In this document: piece after piece, positions 12,700-26,775 of the stretch | How positions within the stretch are numbered: position 1 is the first letter of the stretch | Layout of the letters: each line of letters begins with the position of its first letter | Assembly: GCF_009914755.1 (NCBI RefSeq) | Contig: NC_060934.1 | Length of the DNA stretch: 64,000 bases | Source of the DNA: the human T2T-CHM13v2.0 reference genome, Homo sapiens | Reading direction: 5' to 3' (one strand) | The notes under the pieces: model-generated | Database searches by the model: none | Told to the model about the DNA's origin: nothing | Seen by the model: only the letters and a program-made list of their open reading frames with translations | Position numbers and translations under genes: made by a program

Positions 12700-13140
12700 T
12701 ACTGTTATTATTTTTGGTGTCAGACGCTGGAATAAGTGTTTTACGTGTCACACTTATTTAATCCTCGCTGTGAGGCAGGTACTATTATTCCATCTTACAA
12801 ATAAGGAATGAGTTGCCCTGAGTCCCACAGAGAATCAGTACAGAGCCAGAGACGCAAACTCAGGCCTGCTGGGCTCCGACACCCACGTCTTCCCACACTG
12901 CAGCCCTCCAAGGTCCTGATGCCCATGGTCGCAGCTCCAACAGTGGGGAGGCACACCAAAGACAGGACTGGGGTCAGAATTTCGTAACTTGAGATCCATG
13001 GATCTCAATCTGAAAACTGCAAGCACGATTGTGTGTGTGTCTGTGTGCGTGCGTGTGTGTGTGTACCTACGAGAAGGTTCATAATGTTCGTCAGATTCTC
13101 AAAGGAGTCTGTGAATCTCAAAATGTCACGCACAACATAC
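12700..13140. mobile_element. MIR followed by MER103-like hAT fragment containing a (TG)n tract
   Basis: MIR core at ~12760-12900; cagattctcaaaggagtctgtga at ~13092. Confidence 0.6.
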
Positions 13141-13618
13141 TTAGAGAAAAGAGGCCACCAGGACCTTCTTCTCTGGACCCCCTCCTCACCTAGCTTTGGA
13201 GGAGACAGAGGAAAGACAGGGATGTGTAAGAGAGCTCCCTGATGGGCCCCTGTGACTCTTCAGATTTCCAAACCTGTGGCCCTGGCAGCAGAGGCCCTGA
13301 GATTTCTCAGAGATGGCACTTGGCAATGCATGACGTGAGAGAAGACAGACTTGAATCCAATGAACTGGCCCAGCAAGAGTCCAGCCTGACGTTCATTCAC
13401 AAAATCGAGACATCGTCCCTTCTGTAGGATATCATAGGGAGCCCCCCACTGACCCATTCTCATTTGGACACTTGGCAGTCAGTAGCACTCCTACCCCAAC
13501 AAATAAAACTAGTGAAATGAGGAAGCCATGTCTACAAAGCTTGGGGAATGTCTGCACAGGGGCAGAGGCTGAAAAATCACAGCCCCATCTATAAGCTCTC
13601 TCAAGAGCCTCAAAGTTG

Positions 13619-13910
13619 GGCTGAGTGCAGTGGCTCGCACTTATAATCCCAATACTTTGGGAGGCTGAGGCAGGAGGATTGCTTGAGCCCAGGAGTTCAA
13701 GACCAGCCTGGGAAACAACATGACATCTCGTCTCCACAAAAAATACAAAAATTAGCCAGGCACGGTGACATGTGCCTGTGGTTCCAGCTACTCAGGAGGC
13801 TGAGGTGAGAGGATGGCTTGAACCCAGGAGGTTGAGGCTGCAGTGCACCACTGCACTCCAGCCTGAGTGACACAGCAAAATCCTGTCTCAAAAAAAAGAA
13901 AAAAAGAAAA
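13619..13910 (+). mobile_element. Alu (AluJ-like)
   Basis: ggaggattgcttgagcccaggagtt; degenerate TSD aagagcctcaaagtt / aaaagcttcaaagtt. Confidence 0.93.
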
Positions 13911-14310
13911 AAAAGCTTCAAAGTTAAAAATATGCTGGGAACAGAAACATGTTGGATCTCTTTTTAGAGCCTCAAACCTTGGAAAGCAGAGCCCAGAAAC
14001 CCTAAATCCAAGTTCTCTGATTCTGGACATTGGGTATCTCTTGGGTATGCACTGGTGTTCAATGCCTACCTTTAGCCCTGTAATGCCTGATAGCCTTTGG
14101 TTCCCCTCTTTTCTTTAGCCTGAAACACCAGCACTCAAATCCAGAGCTCAAACTGGCTTGAAGGAAGTTAGAATGTGGTTCCATCAGCCCCCCCCAATCA
14201 GATGGGAACACTGAGACCAGGTGAGAGTAATGTGTGCCACTCAAAGTCATGGACAGAGTACAGATAGGAACTCTAGGAACCAAAGGGTCTGTGGGTAAAG
14301 AAAGAATCCA

Positions 14311-14614
<304 letters not shown>

Positions 14615-15843
14615 TCAGAGACAGGGCCCAGAGAGGGGACATGTCTCAGAGTCTCTCCTGCTAATGTATTATTTTAAACCCAATACCTAAACTGTTGGGG
14701 TTATGCAGACATCCTACACAGATGGCAGGAGTTTAGGAAGTGAGGATTTAGAGCAAGGTTGATTTCTTAAATAGAGATGGACATGGCCCCGTGGCTCAGA
14801 ATAGATGAGGCGGGAAACATCAACTTCCATCCGAGCCAATAAGTAATTAAAACCATTTCCCCTTTTAAAGTCCTCATTACAAACATCAAGAAATCAGATC
14901 CAGATTTCCTTTTCAGGTACATTTACAAAGATGGATGTGCCCAACGCAGACTTCCTGGACTCTTTGGGGAACAAACAAACAAACAGAAAGTTCAAAGCAT
15001 CAGCCACACAGGCTTCTCCTCCACATCTCCTGTGGCTAACAGGAGAGGTGTCTAAGAACTCAGGAATGGGGCTGTCAGGTTCAGCCACTCTCGTATCGAA
15101 AAGGGTGCAAGAGGGTCGGAAAGTGTATGCGCGCCTGTGTGTGTGTCTGTGTGTGTCTCCCACTAAGTACTTCCTTCACTACACAGCTAATCCGATTAGC
15201 AGCTTTAGGAAACTCTGTAATGTTAATTCAAGGGCCCCATTCATAGAACAGCGTGGCCAATGCCTGCCCAGGACTCCCATTCTTCTCACTGCAAATAAAA
15301 TGCACACAGAAGACTTTCTTTCCCTGAAGAATCCTTTCTTGCCGCCTTGCCCCCACACACATCCAAAATGCGGCTGCCACATCCTCCAGCAGCCCCATGA
15401 CAAGGGAATGGGCCCATCGGAGAATGGGGGAGAAATAGCAGTTCTCTCCATCCCAAGCACAAAATGTGGCCAATTTTAATAGCACCATCTACCCAGGCCA
15501 TCTCCCCAAGCTGGGAGGCATGCAGAGCAAAGAGGCATCACAAATGCAGCTGGGTAGAGATGGATAAAGAGGCTTGAATGGGTCATCCAACCTTTCTGGG
15601 GGTCTTCATTTCCTTATGTGTAGAATGGGGACTTTGAGCAGAGGGAGCAGCTAGAACAGAGGCTGTAAGGAAGGAAACTGGGGGCCTGCACAGGCACATC
15701 ATTGCATTTGGCTAGAGGACCAGGAGTGGGAAGAGAGGCTGGATACACAGGTTGTGGACATAGCATGAAGGGCCTTAAGAGTCCGACCAAGGAATGTTTC
15801 TAATAAGCAAGGGGGAGCTATTGAAGGCTCTAAACAGCACAGC

Positions 15844-16265
15844 AGTATTCGTTTCCTAGGACTGCCATGCAATCTACAACTGAGTGGCTTACAACAGAAC
15901 TCTATTCTCTCACAATCCTGGAGGCTAGAAGTCTGAAGGCCAGGTGTTGGCAGCATTCTCCCCAAATGCTCTAGGGGAGAATCCACCTTTGTCTCTGCTT
16001 AGCTTGCGGTGGCTCCTGGCAACCCTGGTGTTCTTGGCTTGTGGCTGCATCACTTCAATCTCTGCCTCTGTCTTCACATGGCCTTCTCTGTCTGTCCTCT
16101 TCTTTTCCTATAAGCATGTCAGTCAATAGATTTAGGATCCACCCTAAATCCAGGAGGATCTCATCTCAAGATCCTTAACTAATTAGATCTGCAAAGATTC
16201 TATTTGCAAATAAGATTACATTCTGAGGTTCCAGGTAGACATGGGTTTTGGGAGGACCCACTACA
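15844..16265 (-). mobile_element. MLT1 (MLT1B/C-like) LTR inserted in an L2 fragment
   Basis: gtattcgtttcctagg...ctggaggctagaagtctgaa...cccactaca. Confidence 0.8.
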
Positions 16266-16891
16266 GTGGTCACAAGGTTGCCAGAAAGATAAGCTAGAAG
16301 CAGAACGGAGTAAGAGAGACTAGAGGCAGGAAGACAAATTGGCATGAAATCAACACAGCTCGTGGCCCCAAGTGAACAGAAGACATGCTCCCTGCTGTGA
16401 ATCCTAAAGCTGTCAGTGGCTTTTTGTGGACACTGCAGTGCACTAAGTGGGCTCTTAAGCCAACCCAGGCATAAGGTCTTGCCTCACCATTGGCACAGAA
16501 AGACTCCAGCCTACTTTACAAGTGACAACAAAGGAATAACCACCTGCACTCTTGTTCTCAGCTCCTCTAGCTGGCAATATGATGGGCAGGTTGGTAAAGT
16601 AGAAGACACAGCAACCCTGGAGTTGACAAACTTGGGTTCTAGTCCTGATTCTGCTACTGAATAAATTTGGGCACATCTAGCAAATGAGGCTGACTGGGTC
16701 ACCTCTAGGGCAACTGACATGGTTTCCTTCTGCAGCCAAAAAAGCAGTGCCAAGATCACAGGATAAACAGGCAAAGGAGGCCTCTGGGGTTGCACTGCAG
16801 GGTTCTGGGCCCTTCCCCCCATGTCTCCCTCCAGGGACCTCAGACCTCTCCCCTTGAGCCCTCTCCCTACCCTCCAACAAAAGAAACAGGA

Positions 16892-17244
16892 TGGCTCTGT
16901 GTCCCCACCCAAATCTCATCTTACAGCTCCCGTAATTCCAAGTGTTGTGGGAGGGACCCAAAGGGAGATGATTGAATTATGGGACGGGTCTTTCCCATGC
17001 TGTTCTCATGATAGTAAGTGGGTCTCACGAGATCTGACGGGTTTAAAAATGGGAGTTTCCCTGCACAAGCTCTCCTTGCCTGCCGCCATCCACACAAGAT
17101 GTGACTTGCTCCTCCTTGCCTTCCACCATGATTGTGAGGACTCCCCAGCCACGTGGAACAGTGAGTCCAATTAACCCTCTCTCTTTTGTAAATTGCCCAG
17201 TCTCGGGTACACCTTTATCAGCAGAGTAAAAATAGACTAATACA
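16892..17244 (+). mobile_element. THE1 (THE1C-like) solo LTR
   Basis: tggctctgtgtccccacccaaatctcatct...gactaataca. Confidence 0.9.
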
Positions 17245-17354
17245 CAGAGGCACTTACCAAAGCTTGGAAATGAGATTAACTTGCATCTAAGAATACATCT
17301 TCCCACACATTTGGAAGTAGGAAAAGAGGATAAAGGTGTGGTTCCTTTTTAATT

Positions 17355-17698
17355 TTATATGTATATATATATATATATTTTTTTTTTGTTGTTGTTGTTG
17401 TTGTTGAGACGGAGTCTCACTCTGTCGCTCAGATGTAGTGCAGTGGTACGATCTTGGCTAGTGAAATCGTACTAGCAACCTCCACCTCCCGGGTTCCAGC
17501 AATTCTCCTGCCTCAGCCTCCAAAGTAGCTGGGACTATAGGCACCCACCACCATGCCCGGCTAATTTTTGTATTTTTTAGTAGAGACAGGGTTTCACCAT
17601 GTTGGCCAGGCTGGTCTTGAACTCCTGACCTCAAGTGATCCGCCTGCCTCGGCCTCCCAAAGTGCTCGGATTACAGGTGTGAGTCACCGCACCTGGCC
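17355..17698 (-). mobile_element. Alu (AluS-like) with (TA)n/(TTG)n tail
   Basis: Reverse Alu consensus. Confidence 0.93.
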
Positions 17699-17992
17699 TG
17701 TGATTTTTAAAATTAAAACAAATGTTTAAAGATACATGCAGAAAGTTATTTATAGAAACATTGCTTCTAAGAGGAAAAAAAAATACAGAAAAAAAATGGG
17801 AAACAATCTTCACATTTATCTATAATGGCTTAGTTAGGTAAATCATGGCAGAGTTGCACATTGAATCACTACTGCCGTTAAAATAAGAGAGACCACAACG
17901 TGCTGCATGAGAAGATGTCCATGATAAAGTGTTAAGTAAAAAATTCAGACAACACCAAAGCACATTGAGTAAAATCCCTAATCCCTTTTATG

Positions 17993-17994
<2 letters not shown>

Positions 17995-18027
<33 letters not shown>
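17995..18027. repeat. (CA)n microsatellite in an L1 remnant
   Basis: ~16 CA units. Confidence 0.9.
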
Positions 18028-18029
<2 letters not shown>

Positions 18030-18331
18030 CAAACATGCACACACACAGCCTGAGCACATTAAGTCTGGAAAGAATCCAGCAAACTGGTAATGCCAGGGAT
18101 CTTTGGGGCTGGGATAACAGGGGATTTTCATCTTCCACTTTATACAATTATGAGCTACTGGACTTTTTTTTTTTTTTTTTTTACAACAAGCAGCATTAGT
18201 TTAATCAACAAAAACAATAAAAAATATTCCCATTCTGACGATAAAATAACTATTCATACTATTCTAGGTAGACGCAAAGTACTATTGGACCTCAGAGAAA
18301 AATGATCAGGATAAAAATCACTTTGCCATAA

Positions 18332-18724
<393 letters not shown>

Positions 18725-19499
18725 TAAGCATTTGTTATGTGCCAGGCACTGTGCTAAGCACTTTGCACATATTCTTTCTTTTCATCCTCGCAGCATTACT
18801 CTGAGGTAAGGATTATTGCTATTTGCATTTGACAGATGAAGAAACTGAGGCCCAGCTTAAGGATGCAAGTCCAGGCAGTCTGACCCAAAGCCTGTGACCA
18901 CGGTCAGCACTCTCACCACCCTTCTGGGAGCAAAGCCCTGCTGAGGCTCTGGATCTCTAAGGCCCTGGGAGACGGCTCCAGGGTCTGCCATCTTCATCTG
19001 CCTCCATCTCCTCTCTGCTGATGTTGGCCAGCACCTTCTGGGTACAAGGTCCTGGCCCAGACTCTGGGGGATCTAAATCCAGGCAGGATGTAGGCTCTGT
19101 GCTCTATCAGCTCTATCAGCTCACTGGAGAGAAGGGAGAAGACAGGCCTCCAAATTCTTAGGTCATGTCCACCTTGAGCAAGTGGCATGAGGGAGAAGGC
19201 AGGGCTGCTGGGCTTCCTCCACCACAGCATCCTCAGGCAGCCTTCCCTCAACACAACCCTCTAGCAGCCGGGTATGCAGCTGGCGTGGTGGCTGGCCACT
19301 GCCCTGCCTCTCTTTGGGGTCTCTCACTCCCATCTGCCAACCTTGGGCCCCCAAGGACAGCAGGACAGCTGAGAAAGGCAACCCTGAGCATTCTTGATGG
19401 TGGGCCGGCGTCAAGCCAGTGAGACCCAAACCGGGGAGACCAAGACTCAAAGCCTTACTGGATCCTGCACAGACACCACTCCTGTCTTCTAAATGAGTA

Positions 19500-20300
19500 T
19501 GCACCCACTTAGAGCGTAAAGTGGTACAACCACTTTGGAGAACTCTACGACAGTACCTACTAACGCTGAACTGTGTGTGCCCTATGACCCAGCACCCCCA
19601 CTCCTGGGCACAGGCCCAGTGGAAATGAGTGCTCGTGTTCACCAAAACACTACGTCCAAGAATGACTGCAGCAGCTTTATTTATCGTAGCCCAAACCACA
19701 AACTGCCCACATGTCTGTCAACTGAAGAACAAATAAACCAGAGTCCGTTCATACAATAGAATACTGCATAACAATGAAAAAGAGCAACACGGCAATGTGA
19801 GTGAATTTCAGTCACAGGCTGCACAAAAGAAACCAGACACAGTAATACAGACTGTACGACTCCATGCAGGTAAAAGGAGTCTGGGGTGATAGAGGTCAGA
19901 CCAGTGGCTACTTTGGGACACGTATTAACTGGGAGGGATGTGAGGAGTCTCTGGGGTCTGGAATGTTCCTTATCTTGGTGTGGGTGGTGGTCCCATGGGC
20001 GTGTACATATGTAAAAGTTCATCATGCTGTATGTTTGAGATACATGAAGTTCACTATTTTTAAGTAACACCATCAAAAAAGTTTTAAAACTATTTTAACT
20101 ACACATACAAGATTACAGTCAGGTCAGCTTCTCCAGGCCTCCAGGTAAGAGCTGGGGAGAAAAGTGTGATTAGATGGAGTGGTAGAATTATGCAAAGATG
20201 CTTCCTTTAGTAAGAGCTTAAGTAAAGTTCTGAATATATTGGTATTAAAAATAATTGAAAACTCCATTTAAAATGTGAATAGAATTTCAAACCTTATACG
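19500..20300 (+). mobile_element. L1M (L1ME/L1MC-like) 3' UTR remnants
   Basis: aaagtggtacaaccactttggag...cctatgacccagca...aaaagaaaccagacac. Confidence 0.8.
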
Positions 20301-21474
20301 AGACCTCAAAAATCCTAAGAAATGACACTCATGAAACAAGACACCAAAAAGAAATCCTAAAGTACATAATTGCCCCACCTTCCTCCCAGCCACTGGCGAT
20401 GAGGTCCCCGTGACCTCCTGGCAATGTCAGCCCTCATCCACCAACCCCTGCAGGGAGCTTTGAAGGCAGGTCCCTGTAGCTGCTCTGGTTCCTCATGAAC
20501 CGTGGGAGGTGCCCCTGCCCTGGGCACATGCCCACACATTTCCCTCCAGGTTCCAGAGATCTTCCTGGATGTCACCACATACATGAGCAGCCTGGAAGAG
20601 GGGTTGCCTGATACAACCCTCCCCCCAGCACCATCCCCACTGCAATCAGCATAGTGAAGCTGCCCAAGCAGGCAGCCAGGAACCCAGCACCCCAAGGGCA
20701 CCTGGTGGGCTGCAGAGAGCAGTGGGAGAGGAGACTCCATCAAGGCACCCCTGATTTCAAGATGAGCAAGTCATGCTCCTGTTCACCAGAACCCCTACAG
20801 CCCAGTGGGCAAAGCCCAAGCTCATGAGTTCAACAGGCAAGCCCTTCACTGTCTACCCCAGCTAACTTCTCCAGACACATCTCCTGCCACAGCCCACCCC
20901 AAAGGGCTGCCCTCCAGTGACTTGTACCTTACCTCTGTTCCTCAAATAAGGAGAGTCCCCCCATACTTTCTGCCTTTGCAAAAGACTCTCCTTCCACCTG
21001 AAGAGCCCTTTTTTCCTACTCAGGACTCCTACTCACCCTTCAAGACACCACACACAAGTGCCCATTCACATGACACCAGGCAGGCTTCTCCACTCACTCT
21101 CTGTCTTCCCACTGCTCTTGGTTTCTCACACACTTGCTATGAGGTGTTATGGTTTTCTGTTTACATTTCACTTGACTCTCCAATCTGGAAAGTGCTGAAC
21201 CCCGAGGCCAGAGTCCTAAGAACAAATGCCGAGCTCCAGCCTGAACCCTCTGATAAAGAGGCAAATGGAGATTTTCTTAGACGAATCAGCAAACTTGGAA
21301 GCCCCAGCTCCACTGGCTCCAGTGGAGAAGGAGAAGTGACCCCTCTGATTTTCCACAAATAGGGGGGCATTAGACTAGCAAGTCAAACACCGATGACTCG
21401 TGGTCCACATCTCCCCCTGCTGAAGTCCCTCATCCCTCCCATCTGGGCAGGAGAAGGGAGGAAGCAGTACCTAC

Positions 21475-21585
21475 CTGTGCTGTGTCCTGTTGCCCCCACT
21501 GTCTGCTTGGTCCAGTCTCTGGCTTTGTCAATGTGAAACAGCTTCAAGTCATCTTCATCTAAGGCAATGTCTCCCCAAAAGACAG
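21475..21585 (-). CDS. TLL2: Tolloid-like protein 2, coding exon 2 (prodomain, FWGDI motif)
   Basis: Acceptor tgtgtttccttcccag| at 21586; continues exon 1 in frame: (A)[36 protein letters not shown](G); 111 nt; donor G|GTAGGT at 21474. Not in the ORF track. Confidence 0.96.
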
Positions 21586-22274
21586 CTGGGAAGGAAACAC
21601 ATAAGTGGGTGAATTTATGCTAGAAGTCAAGAAAAATGGATTCACTAATGCCCCAAAGGGCATTGGGTGTTGGGTGGTAAACTTTGGAAAAGACAGCCCA
21701 TCCAGTAAAATTTCTCCTTGAGCCTAAGAGATAGGGCTGGTGGAGGCAGAAGAACAGCAGGTATTAGTTCTGTGCAGCCTGGGGCTGTGCCAACCACCAT
21801 GAAAATCCAAATCCTAAGTCTGTAAGGTATTTTGAAAGGTCACCTGTCTTGTCCTCGCTCTAGGCAGCTCTGAGCAAAACTACCACAAAAAGACAGCTGC
21901 TTCTTTCTTCTTTATGGTCCCCAAGATGTAGAAGAAAACGAATAATGTGATAAATTATACTGTTGCTCATAATTTTTGTTGCCCTTCCCTGGGGAAAGAT
22001 TATAGCTCACTGCCCCATTGGTGTCAGGATTGGCCACACAGCCTGCTCTAATTCAGTGTGAGCAGAAGCTTTAAGAGCTAGTGCATGATTCACTGCATCC
22101 TCTTTGCCCTGTCCCAGAAGACAAGCAATGTTCCAGATGGGGTTCATCTGGGTTCATGGGGATCACCCTAGGTTCTGGAATAAAGATGATGTATAGCACA
22201 GTGTGGCTTATCAGGATGGATATGCAGCATGGATTAAAAAATGAAAACACTGTTTTTTTTGTTGGGGGATGGAT

Positions 22275-22540
22275 TTTTTTTTTTTTAAAGAGAGACAGAG
22301 TCTTGCTCTGTAGCCCAGTCTGGAGTGCAGTGTCACGATCATAGCTTACTGCAACCTTGAAAGCCTGGGCTCAAGCAATCCTCCCACCTCAGCTGCCCAA
22401 GTAGCTAGGACTCCAGGCATGTGACACCACGCCTGGCTAATTTTATAATTTTTTTTGTACAGACAGGGTCTCGCTATGTTGTGCAGTCTCAAATAATTCT
22501 CCTGCCTCGGCCTCTCAAAACACTGGGATTACAGGTGTGA
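22275..22540 (-). mobile_element. Alu (AluJ-like) in the 5' LTR
   Basis: Reverse Alu consensus, partially deleted. Confidence 0.9.
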
Positions 22541-23064
22541 TGTTGTTTTCATAATCTTCTGAGATTCATGGGCATTCATTACTGGAGCACAGTCTCTTTA
22601 TCCTCACTAATACAGAAATTGCTATCAGAAATAGTATGTTCTGTAACAAAAATCCATTGCCTTTGGGCCAGGTGTCAAGGAAACTGTTACTAGAGGCTGA
22701 AAGGAAGTCATCTCTATGTTATGCAGTGACGGTGACGAAGTATTCAGTCAAAGTGTTGCCTGCCTTCACTCGGAAGGCAGATGATGAACTGAATGCGCTA
22801 TGGTTTCAAATGAAGACATGGACTAAGAATGCTGATAGCATGACTTGGTTGTTATTAACTATGTTTGACAAGGTTCTACAAGAAAGAAACAGGCTCGAAA
22901 ATGACAATTTTTATAAGAATGACAAAGAATAGAGAGTCCAAAACTTCAGGGTCTTAGAAAGTTGGAAGAGCTAACCTATCCTCATAACTACAGAAAAAAA
23001 GAAAGCTGAGAACTTCGAGTAACAGAGGTTGATGAAAATTCAGCATTGTAGTGTCAAGAACAGC

Positions 23065-23975
<911 letters not shown>

Positions 23976-24964
23976 TTCAACCTTGTAGCAAGAACCAACC
24001 AAGATGGTACCTGGTAAATCCTTTCAGTTGAGAAAGAATTGTTCAGATAAAGAAAACTAAGAATGTGTTTCTCTCGCAGAAGCTTCATAAGTGCAAGGTA
24101 GCAATAATTAAGTCTGGAGAGAGATAGACATGTTTAGAAAATAACTGTATGTGGCTATGGCACACACAGCTGAACCAAACAGATAAGAAGATGATTAATG
24201 TTGTAGAAAAGCGTAGGACCAAAAAAAGTCATTAGCATGGCCTATAAGAGGCTGCTAATGTTTGACACTTAAAATGACACAAAATGACCCTTGGGCCTCC
24301 ATCCTTGTATGGGAAAGAAACAGGCTGAAAAAGCTGCCCCCATGAAGGGCATATTCTCTGATGCCCTCTCCAGATGTGGCTAAGAATAAGGGAAAAGGAA
24401 GGGCAGGACCTCCCAGAGTGTGGAGCTCAAAGCCACACAGGGAAAATGAATGGAGAGCTACTGGCAGGAGGTGGCATCAGGGCCTCATGAAGGAACCTTC
24501 CCCATCCTAGGCGCCTCTTGCAACATGTGTCCAGCCTGATTTCAGAACTGTTATGGATCAGTGACTGTTGTGCCTCCCAGTCTTCCTCTTTCCAAATGGA
24601 AGTGTTTGTTATGGTTATCCTGTCCCTTATCTATCATGGTATATTGAGTATGTATTTTGGTGGTGGGGTGGGGAAGTATATGATTGTTTTAAAGTTCACT
24701 AGTCTTTGGATGAAGAGGAGTCACATCCTGACTTAGTATAGAGATGATCACAAGATCTTGGACTTGGAGCCTGGTACCATGACTGGACAGGACTTTGGGG
24801 AAAGGTAAGTATGTTGTATATACGGGAGGAGAAGGAAAGCAAGTATTTGTTACAAGAGGGGAGGAGGCCTGTGACAGAGTCTATTATTGTTCATCATTTT
24901 TGCTGCTTCTCCTGGGTACAAATTATACTTCCCCCTCTCTCAGATGTCAGGCTTCACCATGTGA

Positions 24965-25424
<460 letters not shown>

Positions 25425-25713
25425 TGAGACATAGAGTGAAGATGATATGATCCAGGCTGAACATGTAACATGAGACAAAAACTTCTGTGGTTATAAAGCA
25501 TGGATACTTAAGGATTATTTATTCCTGTATCATAATCTAGATTATAATGATTGACACATACAGCCTTTGCAAAATGATCTGTATTCATATTCTGGCTTTG
25601 GCAACCTCGCACATATTACTCAACCTCACTGAGCCACAAATGATTCATCTATAGAGATAATATTGCCTATTCTGGAAACCTGTTGAGAAAATTAAATGAG
25701 ATCATGTACACAT

Positions 25714-25717
<4 letters not shown>

Positions 25718-25752
<35 letters not shown>
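25718..25752. repeat. (CA)n microsatellite after a MIR
   Basis: ~17 AC units. Confidence 0.9.
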
Positions 25753-25754
<2 letters not shown>

Positions 25755-25854
25755 ATGGCTTTCTTTTTTTTCTTCAATAGATATAATCTTTCTTCAGTAG
25801 ATGCAATCTATTGAAGGAAGAAAAATAAAATTTATGGAGCAATGAAGAACCAAG

Positions 25855-26102
25855 CCCTGCACTTGACACATAGATGCTTTCCCTGCAGAGATCAAATATA
25901 ATTTGAAATTTGAAACCCAAGTAATCCATCCAAGCTGTCCATATTACAAAATCTATAAACTGCCTCATGCTTCTCCCTGTTCTTGGCACATAGTAGGCGA
26001 TTTCCCCACAGAGGTCAAATATAGCTTTCGAAACTTTGAAACCCATGTCATCCATCCACGCTGTCCATATTGTGAAATCTATGAATTGAGACTCATGCTC
26101 CT
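25855..26102. repeat. Diverged two-copy tandem duplication, ~120-bp period
   Basis: Shared blocks cacatag, caaatata, tttgaaaccca, tccatcca-gctgtccatatt, aaatctat, ctcatgct. Confidence 0.85.
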
Positions 26103-26214
26103 CACAGCATTCATTTTTATATTTCTAGGTCGGAGTTTCCCAGATCTCCATCTCCCTTTTTTATTTAGCCACAAGCCACCAGAGGCTTTTAAAAGAAACA
26201 AATGTGCAAAAGAA

Positions 26215-26775
26215 TAAAGTTGAATTCCTACTTCAAGCCATATACAAAATTTAACTCCAAGTGAATCAATGACCTAAATGTAGGAGCTAAAACCAAAAAA
26301 CTATTAGGAGGAAACATCAGCATAAATCTTCATTATCTTGATTTGGCAATGGCGTAGATATAACATCAAAAGCATGAGCAACAAAAGAAAAAATAAATAA
26401 ATTAGATTTAATCAAATTTATAAATTTTTGTGCATTGTGACATTATCAGAAAAGGAGGACATTATCAAGAAAGTGAAAAGACAAATTACAGAATGGGAGA
26501 AAATTTGTGCAAGTCATATATCTTATAAGAGCCTAGAATCCAGAATATAAAATGAACTCTTACAATTCAACAACAAAAAGGCAACCCAATTAAAACTAAG
26601 CAAAGGATTTGAAAAAACACATCTGTAAGGAAAAGATATAAATGGCCAACACATGAAAAGATGCTCAAAAGCATCAGTCATTAGGGAAATGCAAATCAAA
26701 ACCACAATGAAGTACCACTTCACAGCCATTTGGATGGCTAGAATAAAAAATTAGAAAATAAAAAGTGTTGACTGA
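26215..26775 (+). mobile_element. L1M (L1MB-like) ORF2 3' fragment
   Basis: catatacaaaatttaactc...gaatgggagaaaa...tcattagggaaatgcaaatcaaaaccacaatga. Confidence 0.88.

Noticed and set aside
14931-15479. 182-aa plus-strand ORF
   Set aside because: No homology recognised, runs through a (TG)n tract; better explained as non-coding.
20805-21362. 185-aa plus-strand ORF
   Set aside because: Low-complexity Pro/Ser/Leu translation of pyrimidine-rich, L2-like sequence.
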